DNA of 64,000 nucleotides, taken from assembly GCA_015680685.1 (NCBI GenBank), contig MNCI01000270.1:875321-939320 (forward strand), given 5' to 3'. The stretch is from Gnetum montanum (Eukaryota > Plantae > Gnetophyta). Positions 12,401-25,740 of this stretch are shown piece by piece (position 1 is the first letter of the stretch; the number at the start of each line of letters is the position of its first letter). The position numbers and the translations under genes are program-made. The notes beneath the pieces are model-generated. The model saw nothing but the letters and a program-made list of their open reading frames with translations, made no database searches and was not told the DNA's origin.

Positions 12401-14630
12401 GGCATTGATTCTTAAGTGGGTGGTGGTGGTTGCTCTTCTTCTTGAGTCATTGTTGACATATTGTCTTTCATGATCGCAAACCATGAGGCTAAATTATTAT
12501 GCCTGATTGTATCATTGGAGTAGCAAATGATACCTACCCTTTTACAGATTTTTCGGATGAGGCATGGAAACGGCAGGGTTTTCCTTCCACCTTTGTTTTC
12601 TTTGAAGCATTTTTCAATCTCTAAGTAGATTAGTTATAGAAGGTTGATGGGAAATTTCTTTCTTAGAGTGGTGCATGCTTCGGTAGAAAAGGCAATCACA
12701 TTGCTAGGCCTCATCATTGGATTGAGATGAAAAGCTATAATTTTGAAATATGTTTGCTCCATTGGTGTGAGTACATTATACTCCTTACAATTGACCTAGT
12801 AGCACCGCTGGGTCCACTCCTTCTTGGCCTAAGGGTCACCTTTTGTTGATAGTTCTACCAACTGTGTCCTAGTGTCCAGCAACCCTAGTGCTTGTGTGAT
12901 AGCTTTAGCCAAATAGGACACTTGAATGTCCTTGATCTTGATAGTGGACCTTGGCCTTCTATTTTTTTAGAAGAGATATGTCTCTCCCATGTACCACTCC
13001 CCACTGGATGTGATGATTGGCCACATGGGAGAGGTTTGTATTTGAGTCTTGATATCTACTAGAGCTTTCTCTAAGAATGACTTGAAGTTGATCTCTTGAA
13101 GGATTGATCATTGAATTTCTTGAGACTTGATAATGTCAAGGCATGCTTGAGTTAAGGTGACATCAAGCCTTAGCATGGGTCTAGGAACTTCTCATTATGA
13201 TTATTCTGTGGGCACTTCTTTTTCTAGAATCTATTGAACAGATTCCACTTCAAGCTCCTCACGAAGAGGTCCTATTGCATGGGTTGCCTTTAGTAGTTCT
13301 TGGGCTTGTTTGTGTTGGCCCCTTCCAGCTCTAGGTCACTTCTCCCTTAGTTGAGAGAGTTCTCCTTCCTATGGGCATTTTTGTTTTGGCGTCATCTGTA
13401 ATCACAATGAGACCATGGGTTAGCAATTGTTGTATAACTTAAAGCAATTGGGATACCTTTATCTCTTAAGGATTGTTACACTTGGCTAAGTTGTGATTAT
13501 GGCTAATTTAATTACTTCAATTATTATTTTATTTATATGTTATTAGTAATAATTCATCTCGGAGGTTGTTGAAAGGGCTAACTTTCAAAAAAAAAAAAAT
13601 CGATGTTTGTATATTATTAAGGTTATTAACCCTTTGGAAGAGTTAGAAAAATTTCCAAAATTTTTTATCAATTTTTCATTGGAAACATTAAGGTTTGCAG
13701 CCCCAATGATAAAGAGCTTACCTTCAATAATTTAGGATCAAAAAATAAAGTTATTTGGACAAATGGTTGGGAAGCTATGGGCTTTGGAAGGTTTTCGGCT
13801 TTGAAAATTTGCAAAAACTCCCCATGTGTTATGAGGAAAATGTTAAAAATTCCTAAGTGCATGGTGGTATATATAGGATGTAAGCACTGCATGAATGAGG
13901 CCTCATTAACATGATCGGCTACATTGATGAGGCCTCGTCAATGCAGCTATTGACCATCGTAGATGATCATTGACTTTGGTCAAAAAATACAAAGAATTTT
14001 TGAATGAAATTGAGGTTAAATGAAAGCTCAAAAGGACAAGAACAATATGAAAACATGAGAAGAGTGTGTTGAAGCCCATAAATTTGGAAAAATGGAGAAA
14101 AATTGATTCAGGGGATGAATGAAATAAAAGGTTAATGAGCATTGAGTGGAATATGCAATGGAATATGCAAAAGATAGAATTGTGGCAATGTTAAAGGTAA
14201 GGAACCTTAACTAATCAAGCCAGGACCTATGCAAGTGGGTCCTTTCCATAGTAGGCTCATGCCCTTGTTGCCCTTGCATAACCTCAACTAAGAAGTCCAT
14301 GGGCTCCATAGTTAATTAGTGATCATGAAAAGTTAAGAACCAACCAAAAAGAATCTATCCAAGAATTCTAAGACATCAAACCAATACATGGAGCATAACA
14401 TAGAACAAAACAATGAAATGAGTTATGGCAACATGGATAGATGATAGAGAAGGTGGAATGGAGTTCCAAATTGAGGTCATAAGAAGTCCCTTGTGGAATT
14501 TGTGTTTAAAATAACCTAGGAAGATCCATCCTCAGTCCAAACCAAAACCATCCACTTTTAGTGACTTTGCATCATCACCCTAAGACTAATCCACCCACAC
14601 AAGACATGAGAATGCTTCCATCATAATCTT
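9404..14630 (-). mobile_element. Element A: 3' half of an Athila-like Ty3/Gypsy element (3' LTR ~9404-10292)
   Basis: The LTR terminus aligns with B's LTR (TGAGGAGCGACGAGGTACCCCTA vs TGATGAGTGGCAAGGTACCCCTA). The flank at 10296-10363 matches 19388-19456, and ~14230-14620 matches ~20190-20572. Confidence 0.8.
10571..13395 (-). pseudogene. Degenerate Athila env-like extra ORF (plant transposon protein domain plus coiled-coil-like tail)
   Basis: Starts AG|ATG (MTPKQK). Read through stops it gives TIKIKDIQVSYLAKAITQALGL...YFKIIAFHLNPMMRPSNV...INLL*LIYLEI...LPFPCLIRKICKRVGI, the motif series of Athila env-like ORFs. Confidence 0.75.
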
Positions 14631-15349
14631 TTAGAATATTGGCACATTTTAAAACTTCCATCATAATAATGCTAGGCTAATATTAAAATTAGATAAAAAT
14701 TCCTAACTAGGGTTCAAGAAACTTACGTTTGAGCTCTAGGAGAAAGTGAGTAGGATTTTGAGAATCCCCTACTACTACTAGACCCACCCTTGGTCCCCTA
14801 TTTGCCACTATTTCTTCCACTTGTCATGTTTTTTGGAAGTTCTTATTATGTTGTCACTTTTAAATGCTTGTGCACTAATTCTCAAATGCCCTAGAGTTGA
14901 ATAAAAGCTTGTGTGTCTAAATTTTCCTCTTGGAATTGTTTTTGTATTGTAAAAATGATATGCACACTTAAATATCTGACATCTACCTTACTTTTGACAT
15001 TGATTTCTTATTTGTGATATTTTCTCTTCTCCAAATAGCAAATCTAGCCCTCTAATTCTAGTCTAGGTAAACATGGCTTCCTACTTAGAGTATCTACTTC
15101 AATCTTTGATCTTGAGTAACCCTGAAGGTTAGGTATGTATAACTATAGATCCCTATTTTTTTTAACTTAGTATCAAACTTAGTTTCTCTCATATTCTCTT
15201 TAGACATTATTGAGGATGAGTTCATATCTTTATCAGACTTCTCTTTTCTAGATCAAGAATCCCTTTTAGCTAACAATCAACTAATTAATCTCGTTGTGTT
15301 AAGTTGCAAAGGTTAACAATAGATCCTTTAAATTAGTGCCCTTCTTTCT

Positions 15350-18300
15350 TTAGACCTTTGAGATTTTATTCTAAAAATCTTACAGAAGCATTTAATTACT
15401 TTCACCTAGGGATAGAGTGATATACCTGATCTAGACCCCCAAAGCTTGTTCAACATAACATCATCCTAGAGGGAGGTTCCAAGCCTATCAAACAAAAGGT
15501 TAGGAAAATCCATTTTGCTATAGCTCTTACTATAAAAGAAGAGAAAAGAAAACTCTTCAACACTGGAATCATCTATCATGTCAACTATTCCAATTAAGTT
15601 TCTAACATGGGTATAGTTTCCAAGAAGAATGGTGGCATTTTCATCTGCATAGATTTTATATATCTTGATAAAGTCACTATTAAGGATGACTTTCCTTTTC
15701 CTAATATTGATTAGCTAATTAATTCTATGGCTGACCATGCTCTTCTATTCTTTATGGATGGGTTTTTTGGCCATAGCCAAATCTAGATAAATATGGAGCA
15801 CTAGCACTATACCACATTCATGACTATTTGGGGAACATTTTACTACATCAAAAGATCCTTTCATCTTAAGAATGTTGGAGCTACCTACCAATGAGCCATG
15901 AATTTTATCTTTTAATGACATGATGTTTGATGTGATTAAAGATTATTTTGATAACTTGACCATTAAGTCTATCTTAACTACTAATTATGCTTCTAAGTTA
16001 GATCAAGTTATAACTCTTTGTAACAAGCTTAACCTATGTTTCAATCCTAAAAGGTGCATTTTTGGGGTTCTTACAAGCAAGAAGCTAGATTACCTTATCT
16101 CTCAAGATGACATAGCCATTGACCCTAATAATGTCAAAGCTATCATAGACCTCACACCTCATAAGAACATTCAAGGTATGCATGTCCTTTAAGATTTTCA
16201 TTAGTTAATCCATCATTTTATTTTCAACCTTATTGATTATCTTCATCCCTTAATTCATTTTCTTTGTAAATTCACTTTCTTCATTTAGGATGAGAAGTGC
16301 CAAAAGGATTTTGATTCCATCAAATAAATCTTAACTACTCTTCTCATTATTCATCCTTCTTAGTTTTATCAATCCTTCTATCTTTATCTATCCAAGTCTA
16401 ATAGTTCCATCTTTGCTATGCTTTCTCAATGACAAGAGGATGGAGCTAATCTTCTTGTATACTACATATATCATGCTTTTTCAAACTATGAGACTAGACA
16501 TTATGATATTGAAAAATCTTGCCTAAGTTTAGTCTTCGCTCTCAAAAAGTAAAGACATTATGTTCTTAATGCTAAGGTCTTTATCATCTACAAAGATAAC
16601 ATCCTTAAAGGTATAGCTATTAATCCTTCTGATAACCATCACTTAGTTCGATTGAAGACTTTTCTTATAGAGTTTGATCTTTTTTTTCTATCTCAATTCT
16701 CCATCAAAGATCAAGCTATAGCTGATCTTATTTCTTCTTTTGAAACAACTAATATTGTTCATAGTTTACAACTTAATATAGGGGATTCAAATGTTGTCCT
16801 TTATTTCAATGGAGCACATACATTCCTTGAATCTAGTATATCTTTTGTTCTTATTTACTATACTAAACAAGTTCTTTATTAGGCTTATAAACTTGATTTC
16901 CATTTTACAAATAATGTTGTTAAATGTGAGGCTCTCATAAGAGGCCTCTTGATAACTTTGTAAAATCAAGTCAAAACTATTACTATTTATGGTGATTCAT
17001 AGCTCAACATAAATCAAGTTAATGTGACTATAATTATAAGGTTTCTTAACTTTAAATGGCTAAAGAACTTATCTTTTCCTTGTATGCTCATACTTTAAGT
17101 CATATTTCTCATTTTGAGAAAATGCTACCTAATGCACTAGAAACTTTATCTATTCATGGTGATCCTACCACTATGAGAGATCAACTAGTTTAGTTTGTTT
17201 TCTTGACACTTGTAAGGTAATATTCTAATATATTTGCAAGCACTATTAATATGGGAAATGAAAATTAGTAATATGTTGATCTTTTCTACTATCTCAAAAC
17301 TGGAAAACCTTCTAGTCACATTATGTCTACTCAAAAAGATGCCTTGCATAAATATAATCAACATTTTTTATTAATAAATCTCAATATCCTTTGTTGAATC
17401 TCTTCTATGGATGTTCTTCTATGTTATCTTAGTCTTGCAGAGTCTAAGATAGTCCTTAATAAAGTTCACTCAAGAGTTTGTGATAGATATTTAGGTTCAT
17501 GTTCCATAGCTACTTGCATAATTTCTCTAGACTCTTGATGGACAATCTTAGTTAAAGATGCTTGTCACTTGGTTAAAACATGTGATACTTGCCAACACCA
17601 TAGTTCTCTTATCCTTATTACTTCAAAAGAGATCAACATGTCTTAGATCACATGGCTCTTTCAAAAATGAGGTTAGATCTAATTGGTGCCATTAATCCTT
17701 CTTCATTTGTTGGGCATCAATTATTCTAACTACTACAGAATATTTTATTAAGTATGTCAAAGTTGTTCCTTTACATTCCACCAAGTCCCATATTATTTAT
17801 TTCTTCATCCTTAATCACATCATAGCTCACTTTAGCATACCTCTTCAATTATGACTAATAATAAACCTTAATTCAAAAGTATGGTGGTAGTTAATTTTTA
17901 CTTCATGTATCACATTGCTCAATCTTTCTCATTGTCTTACTATCCTCAGTCTAATGGGTAGGTTGAGTCTACTAATAAATCTCTTATACATTTTCTTTAT
18001 ACCATGATTGAAAAAATACAATGTAACTGGCACATAAAACTATCTCATGCTCTTTGGGTTTATCATACCACTTTCTATATAGGTACTGGTTGTATCTCTA
18101 ACTTTCTAACCTATGATTTTGAGATGATCTTATTAGTTTAGCTTCATATCTCATCTCTTCTTGTTCCATTGCATGATTGGTGTTCAAATTAAGATAACAA
18201 CAGTATGTGATGCATTGAGTTGAATATCCTTGAATAACATTAGCAAGCTACTATTTATCATCTATGTGAATATCAAGAAGATATTTAGCATCATCATTCC

Positions 18301-18510
18301 AAATACATTCAAACTAGAGAGATCTATAATGATGATATGGTATTGTGCCATTTTCTGAAATCTAGAGATACAAAGTTCTCTTACAACTAGCAAAATTCTT
18401 TTCTAGTGGTTCAATCTCTATAGAATGGCCTCTGCATCCTATTTGATCTAGAAGAGAATCCATTTACATATTTTGTTAATAGAAGCTTTCTTAAGTGATA
18501 CTACTTGTAC
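15350..18510 (+). pseudogene. Element C pol remnant: RT, RNase H, additional (archaeal-type) RNase H, integrase (Tat-type)
   Basis: KDDFPFPNID, FMDGFFG, KNVGATYQ*AM, NPKRCIFG (RT); IKDQAIADLI; VLYFNGA...TNNVVKCEALIRGL...YGDS (aRH); CDTCQHH, LDLIG, YYPQSNG*VE (integrase). Many stops and frameshifts. Confidence 0.92.
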
Positions 18511-18558
18511 CCATACTATAACACTAACCTTGCTAGTTATTCAAGATTGAACATGTGT

Positions 18559-19387
18559 TGATGAGTGGCAAGGTACCCCTACACTCAACCATACGAAGAC
18601 AAGCGTTACATGCATGATCCGGTTGAAGTCCGTAGACTAAGTGCTTACACGCCTTATGGAACACTTAAGGTTAATCAATCATTGTCTTCCCAGACTTACT
18701 TGTATTGTCACGGTTGTATGGTTAAGTAAGTCTGAGGCATATGATTTTTATAACTTTTATCTTTTTATCACCTATGCTAAGAGAGGAAAGGGTGAAGAGA
18801 CTAAGTAACTAACTTCTGCTAACTAAGCTTTAATTGTCTTAGCATCAGTATTTGTTCCCACTTGCCATACACACCTTGAACTAGTGCAACGCTACTAGGA
18901 TTACCAAATGCTATTCGTTACTAGGTTACCAAGTGTAGCACACGTGCTCAAAGCAGTCATACTGAATGCACTTAACTAGGAGTTGAGAGTTGAGAGAGAT
19001 TAATTATCTAAGAAAGAATTTAAGCATTTAACATTAATTAAATTCTAATTAGCTTATTCCATGCACTGCAAGGTTTATCAAAAATTTTATCTTTATTTCC
19101 ATACACAAATGTGTGCTCAGGTACAATTTTCTTGAATAAAGATCCATTCACTTTGAGATTCCTACTGTAGGTACATGGCAATTATTCTATCTCTGGAATG
19201 GTAAAACTACCAAAGTTTTGCTAAGGGTCTAGATCTAGATGAGGAAACAAGGGAAGGCCGCCTCTTATTTATAGACAAGGCGATGGGCTGCGATATCGTG
19301 TACGTGATATTGCATGGAAAGATGCAATATCACATACGTGATATCATGTACATGAGATCGTGGCCTATGCAATATCACGTCCCATCA
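18559..19387 (-). repeat. Element B 3' LTR (829 bp); PPT AGTCATGAGGGTA at 19388-19400 on the minus strand
   Basis: Direct repeat of 24903-25474 with TG...CA ends. Confidence 0.92.
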
Positions 19388-21849
19388 TACCCTCATGACT
19401 AAATAAAAAATTGTCCTCAAGTTCCTTACAAAATATTGGGAAGGTATGGGATTATTGATTTGAATGGAACTAATGGTGAATGGGATGACATGTGAACGGA
19501 TCATCATTACAATACATGGCAAAATCTAGTGTTCATGACAATAAGAGTGAACACTATACATGATTGACATCTAGCCTTATTTGGCAGCTGAGAGAGAAGA
19601 GAGAAGAGAGAGAGAAAAGAAGAAGTTTACTGCTGCCAACGCCAAGATTGTGCCTTTCATTGTCCATCCATAAGCGCATCATCAATCTTGTTCCTTGTGT
19701 AACTTCTTCAACACTAGTCCATTCCAAGTGTTCCCTCTAGATCCAATCTGTTGTTGTANGCACTAGTCCATTCCAAGTGTTCCCTCTAGATCCAATCTGT
19801 TGTTGTATGATTGCCATCTATACACACAACATAGTCCTTATATTAGCAAGGGTAAATGAATCATAATGCAATTGATACCTTGCTTCAATGTAAGGTCCAT
19901 TGGCTAAGTTGTGCTATGGCTGATACGGATCTAGAGATATAATACTGGTGACTACCCGAGGTGTAGGGGTTAGGAGAAAATCGAAAAAATTGGACCAGGA
20001 CCCCCATGACTGAGAGCAAACCTCTAGTAGAGATAGAATGGAAAAAGATAAAGAATAAGAAAAATGGAAAAAAGGAAACAATAGTCATGCCAATAAAATG
20101 GATGTCAAAGATGGAGATGAACAAAATAAATGGTGATTGCGGAAATTTTTAAAGGAAAGAAATTAATGGATGCACCAAATAGGAATGCTAGTGGGTCCTC
20201 CCCAAAGTAGGCTTATGCCCTTAATACCCTGAAAATCCCACATTCCAAGATTTTGTAGGCTCTAGAAATGTCATTTGGAAGTAAGAGTTAAAGTCTTAAC
20301 CACACGAGTTTACCAAAAATAAAACAATGCATCCACTAAAATATGGACTATTGATACAACCGTCAATGAGGTGATAAATGGGAAAAGAAGGATGGAAAGA
20401 AGAGAATGGAATGGAATCTCAAGAACAAGGTGTTGTATAGTCTCTTGTGTATTAATGGTTAATGTGACTTAGTAGATCTCATTCCAAATCCAGCCTCAAA
20501 CAACACACATTCAGTGACTTCACATTAATACATTTGGCCAATCCATCCACTTGAAGCAATAAGAATGTCTTCACCGAAGAGCCACCACCATTCCGATGAA
20601 AAGAAGGGGGAGAGAGTAGGAAGTGAGAAGGGCCTTAGTTATAGGGAACATGTTTATTTTAGTTCCATAACTAGTGCTTGTATCCCAAATGATTATTTCG
20701 TCTAAGGGGTGTGCTTTGAATTCACACTATTTTTTTTGTGTTTTTGCGTGAGAACCACACCATGAAAATACTTATTATTTTTATTTGCTCAGCTTCCAAA
20801 TAATGTGGTAACGTCGGAATAGTAAGAAAAACTCAAGAAGAAAACATCCAAGCACCCAAAAGAATGGCCAAAACAAGTGCATCAAATCCCTTGAAGTCAC
20901 ACCCTTTTCAATCCTTGAGTCCTTCTTTAGTTTGAGAAATACCTAGTCACCAATTTGTTGATAGTTTTTATTATTGGGAAAGGGACTGTATAGTTCCAGC
21001 CAAGAGATACCATTGAAATTTATGGATGTGTGGGTGATGTGGACTCATTTCCTGTTATATCAAAAGAACCATACCTTAGTATCGACATCATAACTTGAAG
21101 GTAAAAACCAAACATTAGCAATCAATGGAATATAGTTCATACCATCTTCAAAGCACTCATTAAGTGACGAATCAAACAAAGTGATCAAACACACAAAGAA
21201 ATGAAAAAGTATAAATGATGTTGTTAAAAAAAAACAAGAAAAGTTAAAGAAATTTGTAAAATAAAAATGTGTACAACAAAAATTTTAAAAAAACTGAGGG
21301 CCTCAAATGATTAGCATACGTGGCCATCTCCCCCATGACTGAATTAGAAGGGAGAGATCCGAAAGGGTGAGCGAGATCATCCTCTCTCAAATGTGCTCTG
21401 TGCATAAACTGTTCTAGGTTCATGATAAGGGTTGATTGGTTGCACACAAACTAGTATTCTCCTATTAGAGTACTCATTTGGATTTCCTAAGAGTTTCCAA
21501 ATTTCCTCGATTCATGGTTTCAGATTAAGGGTTGGAAGTTGGCGACACTCTTGCTCCAGTGCATCTATGCTTTCTTCATAGGCACAAGTTGATCCCCTAG
21601 TTAGTTCCATGCATATTGGTGGGTTGCTCTCTTGATTAGCTGTCAACCACTGGGTGTTATCTTGTTGTGTGGTTGCTACATATAGGCACTTTTTAATGTT
21701 AACTTCCTGAGCATATTAGTTGCATGCAGGAGATGTTGAACATTCTTGTATGCTATCCCCCTCAGTATCACTGTATGTGATGCATGGAACCTTCTTCTTC
21801 TTGATCTTTCCATAAGTATTTTCCTAAGATATTTCTAGGGAAAGATCAT

Positions 21850-24400
21850 GGATTCCTAGGCATGCGTTCATAGTACTTAGCCATGCCCTTCCAATTATTA
21901 TTGGAAAGTCCCCCTTGTCATTGTTGACTTGTATCAATAGGAAATCAACTGGGTATGACCAACCACACACTGTGGTAACAATGTCCTACACTAATCCCAA
22001 GGGAATAGTGATGGACTTGTCAACCAGCTCTAATTGAATATTACTCTTCTTTAGTGGTGGCAGGTTCCAAGCTTTATACATTTCCTGTGATATCAAATTG
22101 ACTCTGGAACCTGAGTCTAGAAAAGCCTTACATGGTTCATTCCTAGCAACTTGGGGGTAGATTAAGGGACTTCTAGGATTAGAGAGTTTCCTAGGAAGGT
22201 GTCCCATCTTTATGCAATTAGTGACAGTATGTGTTAACATAACCGTATGCATTGAGATCTATTGTTGGTTTGAAGGGAGCTCTGAAGCCTTATTTGATGG
22301 AGGAGCATTCGGAGGCTCAACCACTTGTGGTTGTGAGAGCTTGTTTGGGCATTTGGTTCTGAAAAAAGATCTTCTCTTTGTATGGTTTTTAGAACTAGTA
22401 GCAGGTTGAAGGTTTACAGCTCTCATAGTAGTGCATTGCTATGATTGAGTGGGGAGTTCCCCTTGCATCACTGGAGTGGATGGTAGTGTAGCTATCAGTG
22501 TGAGAGTGGCAGATGGATTCAGAGTGTGTCTCTCTTAGGAGAAGGAATCTTATAATACTCCCAAGCTTGGTAGTGATGTTGTGGGGTTACGTGACTAATA
22601 GAGTCACTTGGAGAGACTGGCTGCTGCACATAATAGCCATATGAATCTGATTGCTGGTAAGGGTATTATTGCCTTGGCGGTGGCATCCCCCATGATTGTA
22701 GGTATTGCCACTACTAGTGTTGCTTGATAAGTTGTGGTGGAATTCCACTTGGATAATACATTAATGGTTGGTGGAAATACCTTGGATTACTTTGGGGATA
22801 AGGTAACCGACGGGGTGATTGTCGTTTGTTAAGTCTTGGGTTGAGTGCATACACCCCAGACTCTTGTAGATGTGAGATTATTGGGCAACATCCCTTAGGA
22901 TGGTCATATTGGCAGATCTCACATCCACTGTCATTTTTTGTATCTGAATCCACAACCTCTTCAGTGATAGCTATTTTACCCTTACCTTTGTTACATGCAT
23001 GGTCCAAGTCCCTCTTCTTTTTCTTATCATGGTCACTACTTCGCTCCTTAGACTCCTCTAAGATTTTTAAAATAGTTTCAAATCTACTATCTAAGGAGTC
23101 CCAAATTTGACCTACCTTAGCCAACACTTCTATTGTTAATTTCTGAAGCAGCAAGGTTTTCCTACTCATCAACTCTTCGAGTGGTGACTCATCATTTTCC
23201 TCACAAAATCCTACTCCCCTCTTTTGGAGGGAAGGATCGTGGTTATACTCTTCCATGCTTTCTCTCTTACATAGCTCTCCTTCTTCCTTAGCTACTTGCT
23301 TCAACAATCTATGAACCTCATGGGACCTAAGTTTAGATAATCTCTCTTGGGCATATGTCCCAAGGGTTCTCCTAGTTTCATGTCTTAGCCCATCTATGAG
23401 ATGGCGTAGTTGATCCCGTTGTGCATAACCATGGCTCGGGCAACGATGTAGCAATGCATAATATTGGCCCAAGGTAGCGTCCAAGGATTCATGAGTTCCT
23501 TGCTTCCATCCTTGGATCTATTTTCATAAGCTGGACACTTAGGAGTACATTTGATATTTATCATTAAACAGTTCTAGCATTATACTCCACCTCCTAATGG
23601 TTTCTGGTTCTAAGGACTGATACCATCTTTCAGCTTCTTTTATGAGTGTCCTTGAAAACAACTTTAATTTTTTCCACTCATTTTCAATATTTTGCAAGGC
23701 ACAAGCATCATGAAATGCCTGTAAGTGGTTTTGTGGATTAGCATTGTATCCCCCCTCAAATCATGGGATATTATTCATGTCTAGTCTCTAGATCCGGCTA
23801 TCTTTTTGGTGCCTTGTAGGTATTCTAACAGCCTCCGTTACATCTAACATGCTTCAGGTTGCAAGTAGGGGTTCTTCATTTTCATTTCTTTCATGGCATC
23901 TGTGATGTCTACGTGGTTCCCTACTTTTCCTTCTTCCATGCCTTGATTCCCTAGAATTCCCTCGTCCTTGCTCTCAACTCTCTCATCAAGGTTTCTCAAT
24001 TTGCTTATCCTTACCCTTATCCTCTCAATTGGGCTCTTTGTGACTACATCCGTATGTGGAAGGAGAGGGTGAATGTTGCGATGAAGGGAAAGGGGAAGGA
24101 GAACCATCGCCATGATGATGTTTCCTACCTTCCCTTCGGTGATCTTGACCCTGATCATGATGATGATTAGAATGCTCATCCTTATGTTGTGTTTTTGTTC
24201 CCTCATTGAATAGTTGGTGTTCATGGGAATTAGAACCAAGGTTGTGTATCATGGAGCGTAGGTTCTGATACACCACCTCCTCACTATCGTTAGGAGGGGG
24301 AAAATCATTTTTTGGAGAGCCTATTGAGATAGGTTCACCATCCTTAATTTCTCTTATGATGGGTGAAGCATTATGGGGTCCTTTTTCCTTCAACAATTTG
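21850..24400 (-). pseudogene. Element B gag and aspartic protease (degenerate)
   Basis: NPQNHLQAFHDAC...AERWYQSL...LHRCPSHG...LIDGL (gag); LPRKLSNPRS...AFLDSGSRVNLI...YPVDFL...PIIIGRAWL (protease). Confidence 0.9.
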
Positions 24401-24883
24401 TGGTAACTCTCCTACCGTGAGTCCCGTTGACGTTGCGCTTCTATGGGATGGTAGCCCCTTATGTTGTAATCGAGCACAACATACTCAGCGTATAATTGTG
24501 ACATGCTAATTCATGCAAGGGCACGAAGGAGCATGTTGTCTAGAGGCAACACTATGTTACCCTCCAAGTCTCTCCAACGCAATTGTTCATCTTGATGGAA
24601 GACAAAGGTAAATTTAGGTATATATTCATCGTGATGAACATATACCACACTGAATTGTTGAGGAACTAGCAGATTTTGGTTATGTGCATGGTGCCGCCAA
24701 CTGTCTCTAGTATTGGTCCTACGCTGTGAAGTGCTTTTGTGTGAAGAAGAAGACATGTTTGTTTTATTCAATGTGTTGTTTGTCGTTATGTTATTTGTTT
24801 CTCTTGATCAACCCTAAGGGTTCATTTTAGCTCCCAATGATGTGGATGATTTCCTATGTTCTACTTAGCATACAACAACTTAG

Positions 24884-24901
24884 TCCTCGGTAACGGCACC
24901 A
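24884..24901 (-). promoter_or_regulatory. Primer-binding site of element B (tRNA-Asp type)
   Basis: TGGTGCCGTTACCGAGGA, three transitions from the Athila PBS TGGCGCCGTTGCCGGGGA, adjacent to the LTR end. Confidence 0.88.
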
Positions 24902-24902
24902 A

Positions 24903-25474
24903 TGATGAGTGGCAAGGTACCCCTACACTCAACCATACGAATACGAGCATTACACACGCAATCTGGTCGAACTCCATAGACTAAGTGCTTACGCGCCTTA
25001 TGGAACACTAAAGGTTAATCAATCATTGTCTTCCCAGACTTACATGTATTATCATGGTTGTATGGTTAAGTAAGTTTGAGGTATATGATTTTTATAACTT
25101 TTATCTTTTTATTGCCTATGCTAAGAGAGGAAAGGGTGAAGNTATTTAAATAATGTTAAATGCTTAAATTATTTCTTAGATAATTAATCTCTCTCAACCC
25201 TCAATTCCTAGTTAAGTGCATTTAGTACGACTACTTTGAGCATGTGTGCTACACTTGGTAACCAAATAACGAATAGTGTTTGGTAATCCCAGTAGCGTTG
25301 CACTGGTTCAGGGTGTGTATGGAAAGTGGGAAAAAATGCTGATGCTAGGAAGATTAAAGGTTAGTTAGCAGAAGTTAGTTACTTAGNGGCTGCCTCTTAT
25401 TTATAGACAAGGCAATGGGCTATGATATCGCGTATGTGATATTGCAGGGAAAGACGCGATATTGCATCCCATCA
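24903..25474 (-). repeat. Element B 5' LTR (gapped, middle segment inverted)
   Basis: Matches 18559-18797, then an inverted copy of ~18801-19040 between Ns at 25142 and 25387, then the 19256-19387 region. Confidence 0.9.
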
Positions 25475-25740
25475 TGTGTTCTCTTAATAACAGCCTACAT
25501 ATTTACTATGTTAGGATAACAAGTTTACTCTAAAATTTTTTTGTACTTTCTTATGTTACTTCCTCTCTCTATCTCATATTTAGCTATTTCTTTAGCTATT
25601 TTCTTCCTACTTCCTTAGGCTATCTATCTTGTTCTACTTTATGTGCTCTACATAGCTAGTGAGGTTTTTGAGTGACTAAATAACTCATTACTTCATGTTA
25701 GGATGTAACTAAGTATATTACTGAGTGGGATCATGAGGGA

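Larger units (their letters stand above)
18559..25474 (-). mobile_element. Element B: non-autonomous Athila-like LTR element (gag and protease only)
   Basis: TGATG...CATCA termini, TSD TGTGT on both sides (18554-18558, 25475-25479), two LTRs, PBS and PPT. No RT, RNase H or integrase. Confidence 0.93.

Noticed and set aside
19712-19807. 47-bp perfect tandem duplication
   Set aside because: It straddles the N at 19759, typical of an unmerged contig overlap.
25142-25387. Inverted 244-bp segment inside B's 5' LTR, resembling an invertible switch
   Set aside because: It is bounded exactly by two N gaps with sequence missing, so a mis-oriented contig is the simplest explanation.
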